From the NCBI RefSeq assembly GCF_000012905.2, contig NC_007493.2, positions 2,700,001 to 2,732,000 on the forward strand: a stretch of DNA of 32,000 bases, read 5' to 3'. Under the pieces are notes generated by a model, which worked only from the letters and a program-made list of their open reading frames with translations, searched no databases and was not told the DNA's origin. The stretch comes from Cereibacter sphaeroides 2.4.1. Lineage in GTDB: Bacteria > Pseudomonadota > Alphaproteobacteria > Rhodobacterales > Rhodobacteraceae. Position numbers and translations under genes: made by a program. This document shows, piece after piece, positions 17,100 to 24,754 of this stretch. Position 1 is the first letter of the stretch; each line of letters opens with the position of its first letter.

Positions 17100-17273
17100 T
17101 CAGTTGGGCCGCGGCGGCGGCTCGTCCTGCTCGGGCACCGGCGGGGCGGCCCCGAGCTCGGCCCGGGCAAGCCGGAGCGTCTCGTCGAGCCCGGCCGCCA
17201 GCTCCGAAAGCGCGTTCCGCTCGGCATAGGCGCGGAGGTCGCTCAGCACGTCGAGGATCCAGTCATGTGTCAT
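17100..17273 (-). CDS. small hypothetical protein, 57 aa (not in ORF track)
   Basis: Hand translation gives MTHDWILDVLSDLRAYAERNALSELAAGLDETLRLARAELGAAPPVPEQDEPPPRPN with TGA at 17102-17100. Third positions are strongly G/C-biased. It ends 35 nt upstream of the helicase start on the same strand. No convincing SD. Confidence 0.45.
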   Translation of the reverse strand: MTHDWILDVLSDLRAYAERNALSELAAGLDETLRLARAELGAAPPVPEQDEPPPRPN

Positions 17274-17382
17274 TGCGGCATCTGCGCCGGAATCGCCTTT
17301 CGGACCGAGGTTTTTCTACCGTAAGGCGAGCGCGACTGGGGCACGCTGTCAATCGCGCATTTCCGCAGAGGGCCAGTAAATC

Positions 17383-17422
17383 CTTAAAATGCAAAGCCGC
17401 CGCGGCCGGGGCCACGGCGGCT
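17383..17422 (-). terminator. intrinsic terminator of ccr
   Basis: On the minus strand AGCCGCCG (17422-17415) pairs with CGGCGGCT (17402-17395) around a 12-nt GC loop, followed by TTGCATTTTAAG. It lies 22 nt after the ccr stop at 17444. Confidence 0.6.
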
Positions 17423-17443
17423 GAGACTTGCGGATCGCTCCGA

Positions 17444-18736
17444 TCAGGCCTTGCGGCCGGCCTCGAGCACGTCGGCGAAGGTGCGCAGCCCCGTGCGCGG
17501 GGCCTGCACCAGCACCGCCATGTTGCCGGGCTTGTGCTGGTTTCTGTACATCTTCGTATGGGCGGCCGGGATCTCGGCCCAGGGGAAGACCTCGGACATG
17601 CAGGGATCGAGGCGGCGCTCGATCATCAGCTGGTTGGCGGCCGACGCCTGCTTGAGGTTGGCGAAGTGGCTGCCCTGCAGACGCTTCTGATGCATCCACA
17701 TGTAGCGAACGTCAAAGGTGCAGTTGAAGCCGGTGGTGCCGGCGCAGATCACGACCATGCCGCCCTTCTTCACCACCAGCGACGAGACCGGGAAGGTCGC
17801 CTCGCCCGGATGTTCGAACACCATGTCGACGTTGATGCCCTTGCCGGTGATGTCCCAGATGGCCTTGCCGAACTTGCGCGCCTCTTTCAGCCACTCGTTA
17901 TATTCGGGCGAGTTCACCTTGGGCAGCTGGCCCCAGCATTTGAAGTCCTTGCGGTTGATGACGCCCTTGGCGCCCAGCCCCATGACGAAGTCGCGCTTGT
18001 CTTCCTCGGAGATGACGCCGATGGCATTGGCGCCCGCCGTGTTGATGAGCTGGATCGCATAGGAGCCGAGGCCGCCCGAGGCGCCCCAGACCAGCACGTT
18101 CTGCCCCGGCTTCAGGTCGTGCGGCTTGTGGCCGAAGAGCATCCGGTAGGCGGTGGCGAGGGTCAGCGTGTAGCAGGCCGCCTCCTCCCAGGTCAGGTGC
18201 TTCGGACGCTTCATCAGCTGCTGCGCCTGCACGCGGGTGAACTGGGCGAAGGAGCCGTCCGGCGTCTCGTAGCCCCAGATCCGCTGGGTGGGCGAGAACA
18301 TCGGGTCGCCGCCGTTGCATTCCTCGTCGTCGCCGTCGTCCTGGTTGCAGTGGATCACGACCTCGTCGCCCACCTTCCAGCGCTTGACCTTATCGCCCAC
18401 CGCCCAGACGATGCCTGACGCGTCGGAGCCCGCGATGTGATAGGGCTGCTTGTGACCGTCGAACGGCGAGACGGGCACGCCGAGGCCGGCCCAGATGCCG
18501 TTGTAGTTCACGCCCGCCGCCATCACGAGAACGAGCACCTCGTGGCTGTCGATCGAGGGCGTCTCGACCACTTCGATCTGCATGGCCTGATCCGGCTCGC
18601 CATGACGCTCGCGCCGGATGGCCCAGGCATACATCTCCTTCGGCACATGGCCGAGAGGCGGCATCTCGCCGATCTCGTAGAGGTCCTTCTTGGGCGCGTC
18701 GTAGGCGACGATATCGCTCTGCACGTCGAGGGCCAT
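17444..18736 (-). CDS. ccr: crotonyl-CoA carboxylase/reductase, 430 aa
   Basis: Internal start MALDVQSDIVAYDAPKKDLYEIGEMPPLGHVPKEMYAW of track ORF 17444..19006, with ATG at 18736 and GGAGG 6 nt upstream. An MDR-family fold with GASGGLGSYAIQL NADPH-binding loop. Sequence and 430-aa length match my memory of Ccr from Rhodobacter. Confidence 0.97.
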   Translation of the reverse strand: MALDVQSDIVAYDAPKKDLYEIGEMPPLGHVPKEMYAWAIRRERHGEPDQAMQIEVVETPSIDSHEVLVLVMAAGVNYNGIWAGLGVPVSPFDGHKQPYHIAGSDASGIVWAVGDKVKRWKVGDEVVIHCNQDDGDDEECNGGDPMFSPTQRIWGYETPDGSFAQFTRVQAQQLMKRPKHLTWEEAACYTLTLATAYRMLFGHKPHDLKPGQNVLVWGASGGLGSYAIQLINTAGANAIGVISEEDKRDFVMGLGAKGVINRKDFKCWGQLPKVNSPEYNEWLKEARKFGKAIWDITGKGINVDMVFEHPGEATFPVSSLVVKKGGMVVICAGTTGFNCTFDVRYMWMHQKRLQGSHFANLKQASAANQLMIERRLDPCMSEVFPWAEIPAAHTKMYRNQHKPGNMAVLVQAPRTGLRTFADVLEAGRKA

Positions 18737-19030
18737 GCTTGCCTCCTGTAGGGCCGAAAGGGATGCGCCGCGTCGCAGAATCGGCAGCGCTGATGGGATG
18801 AGATACGATTGGCCGAGTAACATTGCAATAGTTGATGGTCTCATTTTGTAATAATCTGTCTGCTGCAACGCAGCGTCACCGCGGGCGGGTCCCTTTCCCG
18901 CGTTTTCCGGCCAGGTGTCGGGACGCGCATGCCGCTCCTTCGACCCGGTTTTCGCGGGGGAGCGCGACGCAGGATCCTGTTTTCCGTCGGATGCAACGGA
19001 GGTCACGGAACCATGCCGCGTCGCGGCGAA

Positions 19031-19063
19031 TTGACAGGGACATTATCTTTCGCATAAATGCGA
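19031..19063 (+). promoter_or_regulatory. putative sigma70-type promoter of ecm with an overlapping 14-bp palindrome (candidate operator)
   Basis: Perfect -35 TTGACA (19031-19036), a 16-nt spacer, then CATAAA (19053-19058). The perfect palindrome TCGCATAAATGCGA (19050-19063) covers the -10 region, about 45 nt upstream of the ecm ATG. Sequence pattern only, no transcript data. Confidence 0.3.
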
Positions 19064-19107
19064 CATGCAGCAATATCCTTGCCCTCGTCGAGTGGAGTCC
19101 CCTTGCC

Positions 19108-21066
19108 ATGACCCAGAAGGATAGCCCCTGGCTGTTCCGCACCTATGCCGGCCATTCCACGGCGAAGGCCTCGAATGCGCTCTATCGCACCAACCTCGCC
19201 AAGGGGCAGACCGGGCTCTCTGTCGCCTTCGACCTGCCGACCCAGACCGGCTACGACAGCGACGATGCGCTGGCGCGGGGCGAGGTGGGCAAGGTCGGCG
19301 TGCCGATCTGCCATCTGGGCGACATGCGGATGCTGTTCGACCAGATTCCGCTCGAGCAGATGAACACCTCGATGACGATCAACGCGACCGCTCCCTGGCT
19401 GCTCGCGCTCTATATCGCGGTGGCCGAGGAGCAGGGCGCCGACATCTCGAAGCTGCAGGGCACGGTGCAGAACGATCTGATGAAGGAATATCTCAGCCGC
19501 GGCACCTACATCTGCCCGCCGCGGCCCTCGCTGCGCATGATCACCGACGTGGCGGCCTATACGCGGGTCCATCTGCCGAAGTGGAACCCGATGAACGTCT
19601 GCTCCTACCATCTGCAGGAAGCCGGGGCCACGCCCGAGCAGGAGCTGGCCTTCGCGCTCGCGACCGGCATCGCGGTGCTCGACGACCTGCGCACTAAGGT
19701 GCCGGCCGAGCATTTCCCGGCCATGGTCGGGCGCATCTCGTTCTTCGTGAATGCGGGCATCCGCTTCGTGACCGAGATGTGCAAGATGCGCGCCTTCGTC
19801 GATCTCTGGGACGAGATCTGCCGCGACCGCTACGGCATCGAGGAAGAGAAATACCGCCGCTTCCGCTACGGGGTGCAGGTCAACTCGCTGGGCCTGACCG
19901 AGCAGCAGCCCGAGAACAACGTCTATCGGATCCTGATCGAGATGCTGGCCGTGACGCTCTCGAAGAAGGCTCGCGCCCGGGCGGTGCAGCTGCCCGCCTG
20001 GAACGAGGCGCTGGGGCTGCCGCGGCCCTGGGACCAGCAATGGTCGCTCCGGATGCAGCAGATCCTGGCCTACGAATCGGACCTGCTGGAATATGAGGAT
20101 CTGTTCGACGGCAACCCCGCCATCGAGCGCAAGGTCGAGGCGCTGAAGGACGGGGCGCGGGAAGAGCTGGCCCATATCGAGGCGATGGGCGGCGCCATCG
20201 AGGCCATCGACTACATGAAGGCGCGGCTCGTCGAGTCGAACGCCGAGCGCATCGCCCGGGTCGAGACCGGCGAGACGGTGGTGGTCGGCGTGAACCGCTG
20301 GACCTCCGGCGCGCCCTCGCCGCTCACCACGGGCGACGGCGCGATCATGGTGGCCGACCCCGAGGCCGAGCGCGACCAGATCGCCCGGCTCGAGGCCTGG
20401 CGCGCGGGTCGCGACGGGGCGGCCGTCGCGGCAGCGCTGGCCGAGCTGCGCCGTGCCGCCACCTCGGGCGAGAATGTGATGCCGGCCTCGATCGCCGCGG
20501 CGAAGGCGGGGGCCACGACCGGCGAATGGGCGGCCGAGCTGCGCCGCGCCTTCGGCGAGTTCCGCGGCCCCACCGGAGTGGCCCGGGCGCCTTCGAACCG
20601 CACCGAAGGGCTCGATCCGATCCGCGAGGCGGTGCAGGCGGTTTCGGCGCGGCTCGGGCGGCCGCTGAAGTTCGTCGTGGGCAAGCCCGGCCTCGACGGC
20701 CATTCCAACGGCGCCGAGCAGATCGCCGCCCGCGCCCGCGACTGCGGCATGGACATCACCTACGACGGGATCCGCCTGACCCCGGCCGAGATCGTGGCCA
20801 AGGCCGCCGACGAGCGCGCCCATGTGCTGGGCCTCTCGATCCTGTCGGGCTCGCACATGCCGCTCGTGACCGAGGTGCTGGCCGAGATGCGGCGCGCGGG
20901 GCTCGACGTGCCGCTGATCGTGGGCGGCATCATCCCCGAGGAGGATGCCGCCGAGCTACGGGCGTCGGGGGTAGCGGCGGTCTATACGCCCAAGGATTTC
21001 GAGCTGAACCGGATCATGATGGATATCGTGGGTCTGGTGGACCGCACCGCCCTCGCGGCGGAATAG
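19108..21066 (+). CDS. ecm: ethylmalonyl-CoA mutase (B12-dependent acyl-CoA mutase, MeaA type), 652 aa
   Basis: Internal start MTQKDSPWLFRTYAGHSTAKASN of track ORF 18832..21066, with ATG at 19108 and GGAG 10 nt upstream. A mutase TIM-barrel domain is followed by a C-terminal cobalamin-binding domain with GLDGHSNG (DxHxxG). Divergent from ccr. Confidence 0.95.
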   Translation: MTQKDSPWLFRTYAGHSTAKASNALYRTNLAKGQTGLSVAFDLPTQTGYDSDDALARGEVGKVGVPICHLGDMRMLFDQIPLEQMNTSMTINATAPWLLALYIAVAEEQGADISKLQGTVQNDLMKEYLSRGTYICPPRPSLRMITDVAAYTRVHLPKWNPMNVCSYHLQEAGATPEQELAFALATGIAVLDDLRTKVPAEHFPAMVGRISFFVNAGIRFVTEMCKMRAFVDLWDEICRDRYGIEEEKYRRFRYGVQVNSLGLTEQQPENNVYRILIEMLAVTLSKKARARAVQLPAWNEALGLPRPWDQQWSLRMQQILAYESDLLEYEDLFDGNPAIERKVEALKDGAREELAHIEAMGGAIEAIDYMKARLVESNAERIARVETGETVVVGVNRWTSGAPSPLTTGDGAIMVADPEAERDQIARLEAWRAGRDGAAVAAALAELRRAATSGENVMPASIAAAKAGATTGEWAAELRRAFGEFRGPTGVARAPSNRTEGLDPIREAVQAVSARLGRPLKFVVGKPGLDGHSNGAEQIAARARDCGMDITYDGIRLTPAEIVAKAADERAHVLGLSILSGSHMPLVTEVLAEMRRAGLDVPLIVGGIIPEEDAAELRASGVAAVYTPKDFELNRIMMDIVGLVDRTALAAE

Positions 21067-21150
21067 GATCCCTCGCGTCCCGGCTCTCTTGGCCGATCGG
21101 CCGGGACCCTGAGCCCTGCGCCCACGGGCGCGGGGCGAGGCGAAGGGCGT

Positions 21151-21187
21151 GACGCCTGGCCCCGCGGGGCCAGGCGTCTCCGTTTGG
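21151..21187 (+). terminator. intrinsic terminator of ecm
   Basis: GACGCCTGGCC..GGCCAGGCGTC inverted repeat (21151-21178, about 11 bp stem with CCGCGG loop) followed by TCTCCGTTTGG. Confidence 0.55.
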
Positions 21188-21212
21188 TGAGCGGTCTCAA
21201 GGGAAGGCCCCC

Positions 21213-21246
21213 GAAAGCGAAGGGACCGGTCGGGGGGACCGGTCCC
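21213..21246 (-). terminator. intrinsic terminator of lpdA
   Basis: A 10-bp inverted repeat (gggaccggtc and gaccggtccc in + strand orientation) with a 5-nt loop spans 21222-21246. On the minus strand it is followed by TTCGCTTTC. It lies 22 nt after the lpdA stop at 21268. Confidence 0.55.
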
Positions 21247-21267
21247 TGTCGTTCCTCGCGGAAGGGA

Positions 21268-22656
21268 TCAGGCGTGGATCGCGCCGTCGCCGCAGGCCAG
21301 CGCCGCCTCGCGCACCGCCTCGGACCAGGTCGGGTGGGCGTGGCAGGTCATGGCCAGATCCTGCGCCGAGGCGCCGAATTCCATCGCCACGCAGACCTCG
21401 TGGATCAGGTCGCCCGCCGCCGGGCCGATGATGTGGCAGCCGAGGATCCGGTCGGTCTCCTTGTCCGCGATCATCTTCACGAAGCCCTCGGCCTGGAAGA
21501 CCGCCTTGGCGCGGGCATTGCCCATGAAGGGGAACTTGCCGACCTTATAGGCGCGGCCCTCTTCCTTCAGCGACTCCTCGGTGCGCCCGACGCTTGCCAC
21601 CTCGGGCGTGGTGTAGATCACGCCCGGGATCACGCCGTAGTTCACATGGCCATGCTTGCCGGCCAGGATCTCGGCCAGCGCCACACCCTCGTCCTCGGCC
21701 TTGTGGGCGAGCATCATGCCCGGCACGCAGTCGCCGATGGCATAGATTCCCGGCACGCTGGTGCGGAAATGGTCGTCGATCTTCACCACGCCCCGCGGCA
21801 GCATCTCGACGCCCAGAGCCTCGAGCCCGAGCCCTTCGGTGAAGGGTTTGCGGCCCGTCGCCACCAGCACCGTATCGACGGTGAGGCTGGTTTCCTTGCC
21901 GTCCTTCTTCGCGGCCCAGGTGACGGTTGCCTTGCCGTCGGACACCGTCGCGCCCTTGACGGCCGCGCCGAGGACGAAGCTCAGCCCCTGCTTGGCGAGG
22001 ATGCGCTGGGTGGTCTTGACCACCTCGGCATCCATGCCGGGCAGGATCGCCTCCATATATTCGACGACCGTCACCTTGGTGCCGAGCCGGGCATAGACCG
22101 AGCCGAGCTCGAGCCCGATGACGCCCGCGCCGATCACCACCATGGTCTCGGGGATCCTGCCGAGGCTGAGGGCGCCGGTCGAGGTCACGATCACCGACTC
22201 GTCGGCCTCGACGCCCGGCAGGCTCGCGGGCTCGGAGCCGGTGGCGATCACGATGGACTTGGCCTCGTGGATCTCCTCGCCCACCTTCACCTTGCCCGGC
22301 TCGGGGATCGAGCCCCAGCCCTTGAGCCAGGTGATCTTGTTCTTCTTGAAGAGGAACTCGATGCCCTTGGTGTTGCCGTCGACGACCTCCTGCTTGTAGC
22401 CCTGCATCTTCGACCAGTCGACGGTCGGATGGGCGCCCATCAGGCCCATCTTCTCGAAATTCTCGTGGACTTCATGCAGGTTGTGGGTCGCGTGCAGCAG
22501 CGCCTTCGAGGGGATGCAGCCCACGTTGAGGCAGGTGCCGCCCAGCGCCTCGCGGCCCTCGACCACGGCGGTCTTCAGCCCGAGCTGGGCGCAGCGGATG
22601 GCGGAGACATAGCCGCCGGGGCCCGCGCCGATGATGATGACGTCGAAAGTTGCCAT
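21268..22656 (-). CDS. lpdA: dihydrolipoyl dehydrogenase (E3), 462 aa
   Basis: Track ORF. FAD-binding loop is [10 protein letters not shown] and the redox disulfide is [13 protein letters not shown], with C-terminal [14 protein letters not shown] precedes the ATG. Confidence 0.97.
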   Translation of the reverse strand: MATFDVIIIGAGPGGYVSAIRCAQLGLKTAVVEGREALGGTCLNVGCIPSKALLHATHNLHEVHENFEKMGLMGAHPTVDWSKMQGYKQEVVDGNTKGIEFLFKKNKITWLKGWGSIPEPGKVKVGEEIHEAKSIVIATGSEPASLPGVEADESVIVTSTGALSLGRIPETMVVIGAGVIGLELGSVYARLGTKVTVVEYMEAILPGMDAEVVKTTQRILAKQGLSFVLGAAVKGATVSDGKATVTWAAKKDGKETSLTVDTVLVATGRKPFTEGLGLEALGVEMLPRGVVKIDDHFRTSVPGIYAIGDCVPGMMLAHKAEDEGVALAEILAGKHGHVNYGVIPGVIYTTPEVASVGRTEESLKEEGRAYKVGKFPFMGNARAKAVFQAEGFVKMIADKETDRILGCHIIGPAAGDLIHEVCVAMEFGASAQDLAMTCHAHPTWSEAVREAALACGDGAIHA

Positions 22657-22770
22657 GATGGCCTCCGGGTTGCGAGGCGCCCTGCGGGTCCGCGGGCGGA
22701 GAGGCGGGGGGCTGTCTGCCCCCCGTGCCCCCCGAGGATATTTGAACAGAGTGAAGGGGCGCGGAAAGGG

Positions 22771-23166
22771 TCAGACGAGCGCGGCGAGAAGCATCGCCAC
22801 GGTGGCTACGAAGCCCGCGGCCCAAATGGCCGAGCGCCAGGGGCGCCAGCCGAGCACATAGGCCGGGACATAGAGGATGCGGGCAGCGAGGTAGATCCAG
22901 GCCATGGCGGCGGTGAAGCCGGTGGACTGGCCGCCGAGGGTCACGACGACGACCGCGAGCGTGAAGAGGATCAGACCCTCGAAATGGTTGTTGAGCGCGC
23001 GCTGGAGCCTGCCCGGCACGGTGGAGAGCGGCTGGTTCGGCGGCTCGTCCCGCGGTCCGGTCGTCCATTTGTAGCCGAGCTCCATATTGGCGAGGAGCGC
23101 GAAGGGCAGGAAGGTCAGGGCCTGCAGCAGGCCTGCCAGACAGAGGGCGGTGAGTTCGGCGGTCAT
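22771..23166 (-). CDS. MAPEG family membrane protein, 131 aa
   Basis: Track ORF. It has a four-hydrophobic-segment architecture and the RALNNHFEGLILF motif typical of MAPEG/glutathione-transferase-like membrane proteins. It sits between sucB and lpdA on the same strand. Confidence 0.85.
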   Translation of the reverse strand: MTAELTALCLAGLLQALTFLPFALLANMELGYKWTTGPRDEPPNQPLSTVPGRLQRALNNHFEGLILFTLAVVVVTLGGQSTGFTAAMAWIYLAARILYVPAYVLGWRPWRSAIWAAGFVATVAMLLAALV

Positions 23167-23186
23167 CTTGGTCCCCGGACGCGCGC

Positions 23187-23211
23187 GGGCCCCGGGACGG
23201 TCCCGGGGCCC
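23187..23211 (-). other. strong 11-bp GC hairpin between sucB and the MAPEG gene (attenuator, processing or stabiliser candidate)
   Basis: gggccccggga (23187-23197), loop cgg, tcccggggccc (23201-23211). No U-tract follows on the minus strand. It lies 10 nt after the sucB stop. Confidence 0.35.
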
Positions 23212-23221
23212 TGACTTCGGT

Positions 23222-24754
23222 TCAGAGGTCGAGCAGCAGGCGGCGCGGATCCTCGAGCGCCTCCTTGACGCGGACGAGGAAGGTCACCGCGCCCTTGCCA
23301 TCGACGATGCGGTGATCGTAGCTGAGCGCGAGATACATCATCGGGCGGATGACGATCTGGCCCTTCTCGACCACCGGCCGCTCCTGGATCTTGTGCATGC
23401 CGAGGATGCCCGACTGCGGCGGGTTCAGGATCGGCGAGGACATGAGCGAGCCATAGACGCCGCCGTTCGAGATGGTGAAGCTGCCGCCCTGCATCTCGGC
23501 CATCGAGAGCTTGCCGTCACGGGCACGCAGCCCGAGTTCGGCGATCTTCTTCTCGATCTGGGCGAAGCCCATCTGGTCGGCGTCGCGCACCACCGGCACC
23601 ACGAGGCCCGAGGGGGTGCCCACCGCCACGCCCATGTGGACGTAGTTCTTGTAGACGATGTCGGTGCCGTCGATCTCGGCATTGACCTCGGGCACTTCCT
23701 TCAGCGCATGGCAGCAGGCTTTCACGAAGAAGGACATGAAGCCCATCTTGGTGCCGTGCTTCTTCTCGAACGCGTCCTTGTATTCGTTGCGCAGGCCCAT
23801 GACGCCCGACATGTCCACCTCGTTGTAGGTGGTGAGCATGGCGGCGGTGTTCTGCGCCTCCTTCAGGCGGCGGGCGATGGTCTGGCGCAGACGGGTCATC
23901 TTGACCCGCTCCTCACGCGCCGCATCGTCGGCCGGGACCGGCTGGCGCGGCAGCGCGGGCTGCGGGGCGGGCGTGGGGGCCGCGGCCTGCGAGGCGCCCG
24001 AGACGGCGCGGGCTACGTCGTCCTTCATGATGCGGCCATCGCGCCCGGTGCCCTGCACCGCGTCGGGCGAGAGGCCGGCCTCGGCCATCGCCTTCCTGGC
24101 CGAGGGTGCATCCTCGACATCCTTCTTCGGCGCGGGCTCCTGCGCGGGGGCGGCCTCGGTCTTCTTCGGCGTCTCGGCCTTCGGCGCGGCGGCCACGCCC
24201 TGCCCGTCGGACGAGATCAGCGCGAGCTTCGAGCCCGCGGCGACCGTCGTGCCCTCGGTCACGAGGATCTCGGCCAGCACGCCCGCGGCGGGCGCCGGCA
24301 CCTCGACCGAGACCTTGTCGGTCTCGAGCTCGCAGAGCATCTCGTCCTGCGCCACGGTATCGCCCGGCTTCTTGAACCAGGTGGACACGGTCGCCTCGGA
24401 CACCGATTCCCCAAGGGCAGGCACCATCACGTCGATCATCTTGCTCTCTCCCGCGCCGGCCTTCGCCTCGGCGCCCGCATGAGTCTTCTCCGGAGCCGGG
24501 TCTTCGCCGGCCTCCGCTGCTCCGATCTGCGCCAGAAGCGCCGAGACCGCAACCGTCGTCCCCTCGGGGGCGACGATCTCGACCAGCCGGCCCGCGACCG
24601 GCGCGTGAACCTCGACGGTCACCTTGTCGGTCTCGAGCTCGCAGAGCATCTCGTCGGCCGCGACCCGGTCGCCCGGCTTCTTGAACCAGGTGGCGACCGT
24701 CGCCTCGGAGACGCTCTCTCCCAGCGTCGGAACCCTTACTTCCGTTCCCATCAT
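23222..24754 (-). CDS. sucB: 2-oxoglutarate dehydrogenase E2, dihydrolipoyllysine-residue succinyltransferase, with two lipoyl domains, 510 aa
   Basis: Track ORF. Two lipoyl domains each carry ELETDKV (K44, K147). An Ala/Pro-rich linker follows, then the catalytic domain with [13 protein letters not shown]. The ATG shares nt 24754 with the sucA stop (TGATG). Confidence 0.95.
   Translation of the reverse strand: MMGTEVRVPTLGESVSEATVATWFKKPGDRVAADEMLCELETDKVTVEVHAPVAGRLVEIVAPEGTTVAVSALLAQIGAAEAGEDPAPEKTHAGAEAKAGAGESKMIDVMVPALGESVSEATVSTWFKKPGDTVAQDEMLCELETDKVSVEVPAPAAGVLAEILVTEGTTVAAGSKLALISSDGQGVAAAPKAETPKKTEAAPAQEPAPKKDVEDAPSARKAMAEAGLSPDAVQGTGRDGRIMKDDVARAVSGASQAAAPTPAPQPALPRQPVPADDAAREERVKMTRLRQTIARRLKEAQNTAAMLTTYNEVDMSGVMGLRNEYKDAFEKKHGTKMGFMSFFVKACCHALKEVPEVNAEIDGTDIVYKNYVHMGVAVGTPSGLVVPVVRDADQMGFAQIEKKIAELGLRARDGKLSMAEMQGGSFTISNGGVYGSLMSSPILNPPQSGILGMHKIQERPVVEKGQIVIRPMMYLALSYDHRIVDGKGAVTFLVRVKEALEDPRRLLLDL
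24215..24742 (-). repeat. internal tandem duplication encoding the two lipoyl domains of SucB (period 309 nt)
   Basis: Segments 24524-24742 and 24215-24433 align by eye with identical blocks accttgtcggtctcgagctcgcagagcatctcgtc (35 nt) and gcccggcttcttgaaccaggtgg (23 nt). Identity is roughly 80% over about 120 nt. Confidence 0.75.
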
